Of a DNA stretch of 64,000 nucleotides, positions 1 to 12,104 are shown one piece after another. This stretch comes from Octopus vulgaris. Taxonomy: Eukaryota. The notes beneath the pieces were generated by a model. The model was not told the DNA's origin, made no database searches, and worked only from the letters and a program-made list of their open reading frames with translations. The stretch covers positions 78,740,001 through 78,804,000 of the forward strand of contig OX597822.1 of the NCBI GenBank assembly GCA_951406725.2, written 5' to 3'. The stretch's first letter is position 1, and each line of letters opens with the position of its first letter. The translations under genes were made by a program, and so were the position numbers.

Positions 1-1428
1 TGCGTGAAGTCACCAGACGTGTTAAAAATGCAGTATGAGATGTTTTCATCACACGAAACTATAAGTAGCTCATGAAAATATGTATTGTGTTTATCTAATA
101 ATATTTATCTCTCAAAAGATGGAGTACTTTTTTGTTGATCTTACCATCACGGAACAGTACACTGTGTGTGTGTGGGGGGGGGGGGTATACAAGCGCACGG
201 AAACTCACACACATTGGAAAATTCAAAATTTAATGGATTTTGCTATCGTTACTTTAAACACAATTTACTTTCACTTTTTTACGATACAAAGCTGCATGTT
301 AAATCATTATCTATTATGACCTTACAATTTTTAAGATCGTGGGTTTCGTTGCAAGGATATTTGACTGCTGCTATTTGTAACATGTCGAACGACTCGAGCC
401 ATTTTCTTTAGAAATGCTTGTTATCCTCTGCAGGAAAGGAAACGATAATTCAAACTGATGAATGTGTTCTATTCGTAGTTACCTCCCTGAAATCGTCCCC
501 GGATTTGTTTTCTCTCTCTCTTTCTTTCTTTCTTTCTTTTTTCTTTCCTGTATCTTCACATTTTCAAAACATTTTGATTGCTCCTTATCACGGCGAAGAA
601 AACATTACATTAAATCCTGTGCTAACTACGACAACAAATAAAAACTTTATGTAGCTACTGAATCTGCTAAGAATCGCAACTAGAATTCTCTTATATCAGA
701 CCATAGTACCTCAAATACGGAAATAGCATATTGGGTATAGCCTTCGGAAAAAAGATCTGTTAGTCAAAGCTGGGATTGCTCTGGTTATACAATGTTCTTC
801 AAACTGATTCTAAAAGACGGAAAAAAGAATATCAATTTTGTAAATAATTGTCGTCAGCCTTTACATCGAGTATTATCATGTCTTTTTCTGAAACACTTAA
901 TATACATTGTCTATATTCCCTCGTTCAGAACAGTGCGTGTCTCTCACCCTTGGACAAATAATTTTGCAGGGAATCAGCAACAAATTGCTCTTCAATCCCG
1001 CTATAGAAACCCTGAACCAAGAGAAATTATTTAATCGTGGTCAATGACATGTATTTGAAAAACATGGACAGATACAGCTGCATCAAATACCATACAAAAT
1101 AAATGCTTGATTTACTAATCTTATCTTGCTCTTTAATTGCCATTTGGTAATTATAACACATCCCCAAGAGGCAGAGATAATTTTAAGAAATCAAGAATTT
1201 ATGTTGCATGGATGATATTTGACAGTATTAATCGCGGACAACTTTTTCGAGAAGCGGGCAGCACTGCTAAAAAAATTCAAGCTAAGTTTTCATTAGGCGT
1301 ACCATTCAGAAAACCGAGCGGGCCACAGGTTGTTCATGACCAGTATATATAGTAAATCTATCCAATAATCTCTACATACAAGTATAGGGTCTATAACTGT
1401 CAGTTGGCAATGAGTTAATACTTCTAAT

Positions 1429-1522
1429 GGCACAGGTAAAGAATACGCACGCCACCCGTTTTCGGCACTTAGGGTTAGGGTTATGCCGAAAACAGGTGGC
1501 GTGCATATTCTTTACCTCCGCC
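1429..1522. mobile_element. 94-bp MITE with 39-bp TIRs enclosing telomeric TTAGGG repeats; 8-bp TSD
   Basis: GGCACAGGTAAAGAATACGCACGCCACCCGTTTTCGGCA and its near-perfect inverse (4 mismatches) surround CTTAGGGTTAGGGTTA. CTTCTAAT is duplicated at 1421-1428 and 1523-1530. Confidence 0.85.
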
Positions 1523-2375
1523 CTTCTAATATAGCTAGTAACATGTGTCCATAGATATGTAATGTTATCGTTATTTCTTATAGTGAACATACTCTTATGA
1601 CAACGAGACAAAGATGGAGTCTGTGCACATTGTCAACTGGGGAACTTACAAGTTCTTACAAACTGCATCTGGAAAAAAAAAATGGAAAGAAACATTAAAT
1701 ATTAATCCTAAAAATATGCGACCGTCACGGCAAAAATACCATATAGAGTCTAGAGGGATTCTGCAACATTAAGGCCTTCGTTATTTCCGTCACCAGTGTA
1801 ATGGTGTCGTCTGACAAGCTAAAGTATCTATTTCCACAACTCGTATTATTATACAATAAAATTAATACCGTATTTGATGACATAAAAGATGCACAGGCAT
1901 TAGATACACCCCCTATTTCAGCAGCGCATGTTCGAGAAAACAAAGTTTTTAGTGCATTAAAGCATGTAATATTTAAACTCCGTGTATAGGATTCGGGATG
2001 ATATATTTTGGGGCTTTTATTTTTTGTAAAAAAAAAAAAAAATTGTTTTATATGCCATCAAATACGTACATTAGATGTTTCATTTATTCATGAAAATATT
2101 GACAAATATTGAGGATACAGCTCGCAAAAAGTTAAGGATATTATTCCAAATACAATATCTGTTATGTTGTCATAATTTCCATAACGTGTTCCTCTGCTTT
2201 CATATCAAATCATTGTTCTCCACTCTCTTTATCTCTCTCATTCATATTGTCTGCCTCTCTCTCTCTCTCCTTCATACCTTGCTAAAGGTGTTTAATTATA
2301 TTTATCACACTCACATAGACCAATATTTCCAGTTCTATACTTAATAGTTTTCCAGAGTAATTTTGTCATCATCTA

Positions 2376-2941
2376 TTGGGTTGTCCGTAAAGTTCGTGCC
2401 GATTTATAGTAGCTTACCTTTCGACTTATTTTAGAACATGGTTGAGTCCATAAAATAGGATTTGATTACACCTCCATTTAGAGCACAGTTTAAGCTGTCT
2501 TTTCGTGGAAGAAGGTTTTTATTCCTATAACCTGTGTTAATTTTGTAACCTTTTAATATGGAAGATAAGAAAGTTCATTTTCGGCACTTGATGCTTTGGG
2601 AACCAGACAAAAATTGCTGCAGCTCGGCTGTGATGTGTTACCCCACCCTCCATATTCTCCAGATATTGCTCCTTCGGATTTCCACTTACTCAGGTCTCTG
2701 CAGAATAGTCTTAATGGTAAAAATTTCAATTCCTTGGATGACGTAAAAAGATACCTTGATGAATTATTTGCCATGAAACCACCACAATTCTGGGAAGAGG
2801 GTATTTTCAAGTTAAAGGAAAGATGGAGACGCATTGTGCAACAAAATGGTTCATATTTGGTTGATTAAAAATGTAATGACAAGTATTTATTGACCTTTTT
2901 CTTTCCTTTAAAAATCGGCACGAACTTTCCGGACAACCCAA
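2376..2941 (+). mobile_element. Internally deleted mariner (mellifera-subfamily-like) element
   Basis: ~30-bp TIRs TTGGGTTGTCCG(T/G)AAAGTTCGTGCCGATTT flanked by TA. The transposase N-terminus (MEDKKVHFRHLMLWE) is fused out of frame to the C-terminus (LPHPPYSPDIAPSDFHL...GIFKLKERWRRIVQQNGSY). Confidence 0.93.
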
Positions 2942-3414
2942 TACATGCCCCATAACATTTTATCAATTTCTGGCAAGAAGAGACGAACATCGGCTAATTA
3001 CTTGGTATCAGTTTTATATTTTGCCTCTGATTCATTAAATCTTTGTTTACTTTTCTTTGCTGTCTATATGGCAATATTTTACACATTCCTCTAGTTTAAC
3101 AGAATCGATAGTGCCGGGAAAACGTCCAACAGTATTTCATTCCGACACTTTACAATCTGAATTCAAATACGGCCATGACCAACTTTACCTTTCATCGCTC
3201 CGGAGTCGATGCAATTGGCTTATGCCATCCTTCAAAATTTATAGCCTTGTATCTAAAAAGATACAACATAAAACTTGGGCTCCAGCAAAAATCGAATTGC
3301 ATTACGAGAAATCTAAATACAAATCGAACAGAATATGATAAGTGGAGTTAAAGAGAAAAGCCTAGGTTCTGAGGGATTTAATGAACGAGTAACGCTGGAA
3401 CATTTTTTTCGTTT

Positions 3415-4140
3415 TTGTATTTGATTTGCAAGATTCTTGATGTGAGCTCAAGTGTTGTAACGTATAGTGTATCTTGAGAGGGTCGTTATGCCAATAATAA
3501 GCATATCCACTGACTCTATTTCACTTTATTATTTACTAGCAGTATCGGCCGGCGTTGCCCGGGTTTGTAAGGGAAATAACTATATAAGCATTTTTAGAGA
3601 GTTACTTCCCTTATATAATAGCAAAAAATGCATTAAAAATGGGAAAAAATTATGGTAAATTTTTTTTTAAATCGTAGACTCATCGTAGACGCGCGCTAAT
3701 ACCCAGAAAGGGCTCGATAGGAATCACGACTATAAGATACCCGCTTTTGGTTAAACTGCACCGCAAAATGTGGGAGTAGTTAGGAATCTAAATCGTAGGA
3801 GACAGACACTCACACAACTTTTATATATAAGGATCAGTCAATTGGCTAACCACTTAATTAAAGCTAATCGACTGTTAGGTTGGTTAATGGTTCGATTAAT
3901 CAATCAGCTGTATTTGTCGAAGTTCTTTCGTCGCTACTCGCGAATTCTTCAATGCAGTTGAGCAGGCACGTTATTGATTGATCGACCGAATGATTAATCA
4001 AACAATTGATTCGTTAATTAGTTAAATCGCAAACCAATTAACTAATAAAAAAATAAAGTGAAAGGGAAATAGAACCAGTATGTATGAGAATTATTGGTAA
4101 TAATGACCCTTCCGAGATACAACAGTACAACGTTAGAAAA
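3415..4140. mobile_element. Old palindromic (MITE-like) repeat, interrupted by a Helitron
   Basis: The ends are inverted relatives (gtatcttgagagggtcgttatgcc / taatgacccttccgagatac) and the middle is self-complementary ttaat/aatt-rich sequence. Related pieces occur at ~24050-24300 and 24440-25300. Confidence 0.5.
3536..3833 (-). mobile_element. Short non-autonomous Helitron
   Basis: The minus strand starts A|TCCTTATATATAAAAG...TGTCTGTCT and ends with hairpin CCCGGGCAACGCCGG followed by ATACTGCTAG|T. These are the 5'-TC, 3'-hairpin-CTAG and A|T insertion hallmarks. Confidence 0.85.
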
Positions 4141-4480
4141 CACCAAACGAATGGGTATCATAGAAAATATTAGTAAGATATAGCAGATGTACCAATGGCA
4201 AGGATGACTCCTGACAACTCTCTTAAGACGAAGATTGGTCACAGTATGACGTCGCAAGTCACATTATTGTCACTGACGTCCTAGTAGGGCAGTGATTCTC
4301 AAACATCTTTTTTTTTTTACCTTTAGCTCCTTTTGTTTATTATTTTATTCTGGTGGACCCCACTCCCATAGCCATTCGACGTTTAAAAACTAATTTTATA
4401 GATACTTCTTTCAAATTTTTTATTATTCACTTTTATAGGTTGAACTACGTAAAACATTATTGAAAGAAACACGTTTATTG

Positions 4481-4866
4481 TACTCTTTTACTTTTTTCAG
4501 TCATTTGACTGCGGCCATGCTGGAGCACCGCCTTTAGTCGAGCAAATGACCCCAGGACTTATTCTTTGTAAGCCTAGTACTTATTCTATTGGGTTTTTTT
4601 TGTTGCTGAACCGCTAAGTTATGAGGACGTAAACACAACAGCATCGGTTGTCAAGCGATGTTGGGGAGGGGCACAAACACAGACACATATATATATACAC
4701 ATATACGACGGGCTTCTTTCAGTTTCAGTCTACCAAATCCACTCACAAGGCTTTGGTTGGCCCGATGCTATAGAAGACTCTTTGCCCAAGGTGCCACGCA
4801 GTGGGAATGAACCCAGAACCATGCAGTTGGTAAGCAAGCTACTTACCACACTGGCACTCCTGCACC
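4481..4866 (-). mobile_element. tRNA-derived SINE family A (most abundant SINE in the window)
   Basis: Minus-strand head related to GGAGTGGCTGTGTGGTAAG...GGTTCAGTCCCACTGCGTGGCACCTTGGGCAAG (A/B boxes) and tail ...CCAGCATGGCCGCAGTCAAATGACTGAAACAAGTAAAAGAGTA. More than 15 copies in the window. Confidence 0.9.
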
Positions 4867-4882
4867 TAAAACTGAAAGAATC

Positions 4883-4956
4883 CATCCCTGGATGGGCTTG
4901 AACCACCAACCTTTTGATTAACAGCCGAACACGTTAACTGATAACGCCACAGAGAC
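4883..4956 (-). pseudogene. tRNA-Asn(GTT) pseudogene / degenerate tRNA
   Basis: Minus strand GTCTCTGTGGCGTTATCAGTTAACGTGTTCGGCTGTTAATCAAAAGGTTGGTGGTTCAAGCCCATCCAGGGATG aligns over 74 nt to canonical metazoan tRNA-Asn-GTT with ~10 substitutions. These are mostly C>T/G>A and hit A14, a D-loop G and the anticodon stem. Confidence 0.85.
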
Positions 4957-5798
4957 ACCTATGTAATGCATATAGTTAAAACTTTTCATGGTCCCTTAAA
5001 ATACTGGAGAACCCTAATTTACTAATTTCATAGCATAGACCCTTCCAAAATGTTATATGAACCCCGATTGAAAACCGGTTCTATAACGAACACTATATTC
5101 CTGGTTATGGCATTCAATAATTTTTTTTTTTTACATTACGAACATAGCTGAAGGATAGTCTTAATCTTTTAATACTGTCAAATGTAATGCTTATTTATTC
5201 ACATTGTTTTGAAATAATCATGTATTATCTCATAACTTCGAGATTTCGGTGATGTGATTACTTTTTATATACCAGAAGTGTTAGCATCTATCTTCACTGA
5301 AGTGTTCTGCAACTAGCAGCAGACAGGGTACATTGCGAGTTGTATAAAGTGTTCACAGTCAACCCTGGAAGTGGTGAAACTGGTGATAAATTAACAGCAA
5401 GTATAAAGGGAGAAGGGGCATAAACCAGTATGGTACCAAATAGCATGAGATTTTTTCTTTTATTGTTCACGCAATGATTTGGCAATCCATAGCCGGAGAT
5501 AAATTGCATACTGTAGTCCAAGATACACGATGTCAGCGAAACAAAGGTTGTGATGGTCATAGTTGATCATACCAAGTGTTTTGGTTATTTGTATTTTAAC
5601 TATCACATCTAACATCCGGATTACTTTCAATTCTCTGAAAGAGAATTTATTTTTTAAGTGTGACTGTCATGGCCAGAGTAAAGACAGGCGTATGTGTGTG
5701 ATTTTATCCGCTTATTTGTTTTAGTCAGTATGCTGAGGCCATACTGGGGTACCGCCTTGAGGAATTTTAGTCGAACCTGCACCACTCTCTCAATTTGG

Positions 5799-5833
<35 letters not shown>

Positions 5834-6881
5834 TGATGGTGTGGGTGAAGACAAACTGGTACTCAACACATCTAGTTTTCAAGTTACTAAATTTTTGGTA
5901 AGAATTTGACTCAGCTCCTTATGACTTAGTTTCTTTTTTTAATGTGTAGGATATATCCACCCCATCCGATATTTGAAGAAGAGTTAAAAATATGAGACAA
6001 ATTCATGGCTTCTAGATGTTAGGCCTCTATTGGTCAGCTCAGGTCACATGCAAGTTAATGCTGTGAAAGCGAAACTAGCTATTTTGTTTATATCATCATC
6101 ATCATTTAGTATGTTTTCCATGCCAGCATGAGCAAGGCAGTTTGACGAGCTGGTAAGCCAGTGAGCTACACTAGACTCCAGTCTGTTTTGATGGATGCCT
6201 ACCTGCCAGACAGACAGACAGACAGACGGATCAACTGATGGAGCGAGTGTGTGTGTGTGTGTGTCTTTCAATCTAGTGAATTTCACCCATCAGCCATTGG
6301 TCAACCTGAAGCTAGAGTTGAAGACCCTTGCCCAAGATACCATACATTGGGACTGAATCTGATATAATAAGGTTGCAAAACAAACTACTTAACCATAAAC
6401 CATTCCTTCATACACATACACTTATGTTTAGTAGGGTGAGATCTTTTCTTATCCATATATATTCACATAGGTAGATGTAGAAACATTTTGAGGTTGGGTT
6501 TAAAGGTTAGCAACTGTAATGGAAAACAGAAGGACACATGCCCCTTCTAAGATTGAAATCAATCTTAAACTATATTAGTTAACTCAAAACAAATCTGGTG
6601 GAGCACCAGCAAAATGTTTGGTTAATGATTAAAAAATAAAACAACAAAAGACTTAGTACAAAGTAAATATTGCTGTACAACTACAAAACTCTCGTGCAGT
6701 TGTATAATTTTCTCTTCTTTTGCACATGTTCATTTATATTATATATATATTGATGTAGTAGAAGAGATTGAATGAGTATAAAAAACACAACCTGAAAATG
6801 AGAACAGCCAAGCCAAGCAACAGCTTTGATACATTCAATGTTCAGCACAACATGCAGATATGCATATTGAAAACACACATT

Positions 6882-7836
6882 ACGCAGATACATGTATGTA
6901 TACACATGCACACAAACTTGTGTGTATCTGTGTGTGTGTGTGTGTGTATTGTTTTCATGTCAAATTGCAAAAACAATATTATATATATATATATATATAG
7001 TTTTTATGTCAAATTGTAAAAACAATTAAACAAACATTAAACTAAAGGATTACTCAATCATTTTTGTAGTGTGCATATATAAGATGAGAGGTGGAGCAAC
7101 TTTCATGTTTCAGCCTATCCTTCATCAGTCCAACAAAGGCAAACAGAAAAAAACTGTGAAGTCTCACCCACGCAAATACATGTATGTATACACATGCACA
7201 CAAACTTGTGTGTATCTGTGTGTGTGTGTGTGTGTGTATTGTTTTCATGTCAAATTGCAAAAACAATATTATATATATATATATATAGTTTTTATGTCAA
7301 ATTGTAAAAACAATTAAACAAACATTAAACTAAAGGATTACTCAATCATTTTTGTAGTGTGCATATATAAGATGAGAGGTGGAAGCAACTTTCATGTTTC
7401 AGCCTATCCTTCATCAGTCCAACAAAGGCAAACAGAAAAAAACTGTGAAGTCTCACCCACGCAAATACATGTATGTATACACATGCACACAAACTTGTGT
7501 GTATCTGTGTGTGTGTGTGTGTGTGTATTGTTTTCATGTCAAATTGCAAAAACAATATTATATATATATATATATAGTTTTTATGTCAAATTGTAAAAAC
7601 AATTAAACAAACATTAAACTAAAGGATTACTCAATCCTTTTTGTAGTGTGCATAAAAGATGAGAGGTGGAAGCAACTTTCATGTTTCGGCCTATCCTTCA
7701 TCAGTCCAACAAAGGCAAACAGGACAAAACTGTGAAGTCTCACCCACGCAGATACATGTATGTATACACATGCACACAAACTTGTGTGTATCTGTGTGTG
7801 TGTGTGTGTATTGTTTTCATGTCAAATTGCAAAAAC

Positions 7837-7867
<31 letters not shown>

Positions 7868-8036
7868 GTTTTTATGTCAAATTGTAAAAACAATTAAACA
7901 AACATTAAACTAAAGGATTACTCAATCCTTTTTGTAGTGTGCATAAAAGATGAGAGGTGGAAGCAACTTTCATGTTTCAGCCTATCCTTCATCAGTCCAA
8001 CAAAGGCAAACAGGACAAAACTGTGAAGTCTCACCC
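6882..8036. repeat. Tandem array of four ~289-bp units
   Basis: Units start at 6882, 7170, 7459 and 7746. They are near-identical except for (TG)n/(TA)n lengths and a few SNPs. Confidence 0.97.
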
Positions 8037-8110
8037 TTCTTTTCATACAGTTGTTTCAGTAGATCTTTTTATTAAGGATATTTCTTATTTCTTTATAATC
8101 ACTTTATGTG

Positions 8111-8354
8111 TAGTTCTACATTTAAGAGATGAGGAATTATGTACATTATTTACATTTGATGGATATTTGTCCTCATCTTGTTTGTTGTTAACAGAACGTT
8201 TCGGCTGATATACCCTTCACCCTTCATCAGGTGTCTTGGGGAAATTTCGAAATTTTCCCAAGACACCTGATGAAAGCTGGAGGGCATATCAGCTGAAATG
8301 TTGTGTTAACAACAAAAAAGATGAGGACAAATATCCGTCAAATGTAAATAATGT
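8111..8354. mobile_element. Palindromic Penelope-like/retroposed element with a hammerhead-like motif on each arm
   Basis: Near-perfect 216-bp palindrome 8141-8356 centred on 8248/8249, with ACTTTATGTG duplicated at 8101-8110 and 8355-8364. CTGATGA...GAAA core at 8262-8307 (+) and 8190-8235 (-). Same family as 24658-25099. Confidence 0.8.
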
Positions 8355-8586
8355 ACTTTATGTGCGGTGTGAAACAGTGGTATTCTTAAATACTCTCTAT
8401 ACACATTTCAAGACCTTCATGTCCCATCATCATAATGAAGTGATGATGATGAATGTGTGTGTATGTGCCCATTTTGTAATTAGCCACAAAGGGTCAAAGG
8501 AATATTGTTTTAACTGATAAAAATCATCAACACCGTTTTAAAACAAAATATTTACAGGTACATTCAGGCAGATTTCGTGATGCATA

Positions 8587-8971
8587 TATTCTTTTATTTG
8601 TTTCAGTCATTTGATTGCAGCCCTGCTGGAGCACCACCTTTAGTTGAACAAATCGACCACAGGACTTATTCTTTTTTTAGTTCAGTACTTATTCTATCGG
8701 TCTCTTTTGCCAAACCGTTAAGTTACAAGGACGTGAACACACCAACATTGATTGTCAAACGATCATTGGGGGGGGGGGACAGACACACAAACATATATAT
8801 CTATATATACATATATACAATGGACTTCTATCTCCCAAATCCACTCACAAGGCTTTGGTTGGCCCAAGACTATAGTAGAAGACACTTGCTCAAGATGCCA
8901 TGCAGAGGGACTGAACCCAGAACCATATGGTTGGTAAGCAAGCTACTTACCACACAGCCAGTCCTGTGCCT
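8587..8971 (-). mobile_element. SINE family A
   Basis: Full-length similarity to 4481-4866. Confidence 0.9.
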
Positions 8972-9059
8972 ATACATATGTTGATTTTCATTTTTCTTTT
9001 TTTGTATTCTACTCTAATTAAAGCTTTCATTAGTAAATTAATAAAATATAATAAAACCA

Positions 9060-9431
9060 CAGGAGTGGCTGTGTGGTAAGAAGTTTGATTCCCAACTACA
9101 TGGTCCTGGAGTTAGTACCACTGCGTGGCACCTTAGGCAAGTGTCTTCTACTATAGTCTCGGAGTGGATTTGGTAGACGGAAACTGAAAGAAGCCCATTG
9201 CATATATATGTGTGTTTGTATGTCTGTGTTTGTCATCCCCGCCAACATCGCTTGACAACCGATGCTGGTGTGTTTATATCCCCATTACTTAGCTGTTCAG
9301 CAAAAAGAGACTGATAGAGTAAGTACTAGGCTTACGAAGAATAAGTCCTAGGGTCGATCTGCTCGACTAAAGGTGGTGCTCCAGCATGGCCGTAGTCAAA
9401 TAACTGAAACAAATAGAAGAATAAAAAGAAT
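9060..9431 (+). mobile_element. SINE family A
   Basis: caggagtggctgtgtggtaag...gcagt/gtagtcaaataactgaaacaaatagaagaata. Head-to-head with the 8587-8971 copy. Confidence 0.9.
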
Positions 9432-10076
9432 ACACACACACACATACTAATAGTAAAGTATGAACAATAGAATTAACACACAGATACATGACACATCAAA
9501 TAAATCCTGAAATCTGTCAGCACATTCCATTATATAATTATTAAATACACCAATGATGATTTTATCAGTTGTAAAGACATTCTTCTAATCCTTTGTCTTG
9601 CTCATGCAACACATTATTCTCATTATGTTATTCTGATGACAGGACTGAGAAAGACTTGAAAAATGTATAGATTAATGAAAGTAGGAAACTGTATCAAAGT
9701 AAGTATATAAAGGACAAATAAATATGAAAAAAATCAACAAAAAAAAAATTGATTAAACTTGAATAAATGTTTACACAAATATAAAATATAAGTATTTGCT
9801 CTACCAAACACACACACACACACGTTTGTTCTATGAAACACAAACATATATGTATTTGTTCTATGAGACATATTCACACGCACACGCACACACACACATA
9901 TATATATAAATATTTATTTATTTATAAATATATTACATACACATAGATATATATACATACACTTATAAAAATACAGATACACACACACACATATATATAT
10001 ATATATACATACATAGCATATACAGATACATAGAAATATATACACATATGTTGTGTACATACATATATACATATGC

Positions 10077-10118
<42 letters not shown>

Positions 10119-10662
10119 GTACAGAATGGGTTATAATCCAAGCTGTGTTACAGTTTAGGAGATCCCCTACATGCTCTCTACATGTATATAACTACTATAA
10201 ATTCATTATATTTATATTATTATTATCATTTATATTATAATGTATTTCTGATACTAATGAAACATGTGTAACACTGAATTAAAATTTTCCATTCTTTGTT
10301 TTAATATACATGTGTATGTGTGTGTGTGTGTGTGTGTATAGGTTTGGTAGAACAAACAGGAGAAACAGAATGTAATACAAAATGTATATACACTTTTTTT
10401 ATATTTGTCAGAAAGTAACATAAGTAAGCTATGGTCAAAGAATTTCACGCATGGCACATATCAAACTCGCATAAAATCAATGAGTTTTTTTTTTTGTTCT
10501 ACAGAATGTAAATAATTTTTTTCTGGAATGTTTATGACTCTGTAATATTAATTATAAACAAACTCTCAAATTTAAGTCAAGCTGTTAAGTGCCAGGCATA
10601 AAAACTCTCCCCCCTGGAGCCATTTTTGTAACTTTCATTTGATCAAAATGTGTGTGTGTGTG

Positions 10663-10705
<43 letters not shown>

Positions 10706-11579
10706 CCACACATGTAAATGTGTTTATACAGCATATATAAATATATACCCATCTAAATGTATTTATTCATATACATACGTTTATGTGGGCTTCTCTTCCA
10801 TAAATATACACACACATTTTTTTATTTATTTATATATATCTCTATATATATAAAACTGAGAATGTGTGTCTGTCTGTGTGTTTCCCTAAAACTTGAGAAC
10901 TACACAACCAATTTCATTCAAATTTTACACATGCCTTACTTAAGGTCCGGGGAGTGTCATTGGCAAAAAAGATCTTAACTTTTTCCCTAGGACGACCCCA
11001 CAGCAATATCATATCTTCTCCACTATTTCAGTATTACGTGTTAAAAGTGAAACAAAAACATCTCTCTTTTGTAATGCAGACACTTTCACTATTAAAGTGA
11101 AAGTATTATATAACAGGGATGAACCATTAACAATGGTCATCCATTTTGCTATGGTCTTATATGCTACACCACTGGTTTTCAATTCATATTAATCAAATTA
11201 ATATTCAATATTTCACCCTTATTATGTGTGTGTATTAGCAATTCGTATAAAATTGCATCAAGTGGTTTCACATAAATGGGGATAAATTAAAAAGGTTTGT
11301 TGTTATTATTATTACTGTTTGACTATTGTAATCACGTTTGTTGGTTCCCCGTCAGGGAAGCACTGTTGTGTTGCATTTGTTAAATAATTGTAAACCGTAA
11401 CTCTCCCCCTTTCGGAGAAGGGGCTTTGGCTATTGTTTAAAAATTGAATTTTCACCGTCTTTATGGAAGCATTTTTCTTAAAATGCCATCGATAGAAGAA
11501 AGTCCCAAAATGAATTTCGCTGCACCTGTACACTTCCATACAAGAAGGAGGACAAGGTCCAATTGATCGAAATTGCAAC

Positions 11580-12085
11580 AAATTTTTGAAAAGTTTTTTG
11601 AAAATTTTCCCCCAAAATTTTTGAAAAATTTTTGAAAAATTTTCCACAAAAATTTTGTAAAAATCTTTTGAAAATTTTCCACAAAAATTTTTGAAAGAGT
11701 TTTTCGAAACTTTTCACCAAAATTTTGGAAAAATTTTTTGAGAATCTTTTGAAAATTATCCACAAAAATTTTTCAAAAATTTTTTGAAAAATCTTTTGAA
11801 AATTTTCCCCAAAAGTTTTGGAAAAACTTTTTGAAAATTTTCCCCAAACATTTTTCAAAAATTTCTTGAAACTTTCCCCATAAATTTTTGTAAAATTTTT
11901 CGAAAAAATCTCCCCAAAATTTTTGTAAAATTTTTCAAAAATTTTTCAAAAACTTTTAGAAAATTTTTCCCAAAAATTTTTGAAAAATTTCTTGAGAATT
12001 TTCCCCAAAAATTTTTGAAAAAGTTTTTCGAAACTTTTCACCAAAGTTTTGGAAAAACTTTTTGAAAATCTTTTGAAAAGAAATT
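11580..12085. repeat. Degenerate A/T-tract minisatellite
   Basis: Repeats of (A)4-5(T)4-6G...AAAATTTTCCCCAAAA, roughly 33-35-bp period. Confidence 0.9.
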
Positions 12086-12104
12086 TTTTCTTGCAACAGT
12101 TAGA

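Larger units (their letters stand above)
4290..5080. mobile_element. hAT-like MITE (CAGTGGTTCTCAA-type TIR) carrying a SINE and a tRNA pseudogene
   Basis: Left end cagtgattctcaaac, right end ...ttgaaaaccggtt. Similar termini occur at 28050-28453, 30770-31332 and from 41811. Confidence 0.55.

Noticed and set aside
4883-4956. Functional tRNA-Asn gene
   Set aside because: Substitutions at conserved D-arm positions and in the anticodon stem suggest loss of function, so it is kept as a pseudogene.
5294-5560. 88-aa minus-strand ORF in non-repetitive-looking DNA
   Set aside because: No recognisable motif and no convincing splice sites or partner exons.
8577-8984. Recurrent 60-135-aa ORFs such as ...PNPLTRLWLA...YSRRHL...
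   Set aside because: They are antisense translations of SINE family A, repeated at each copy.
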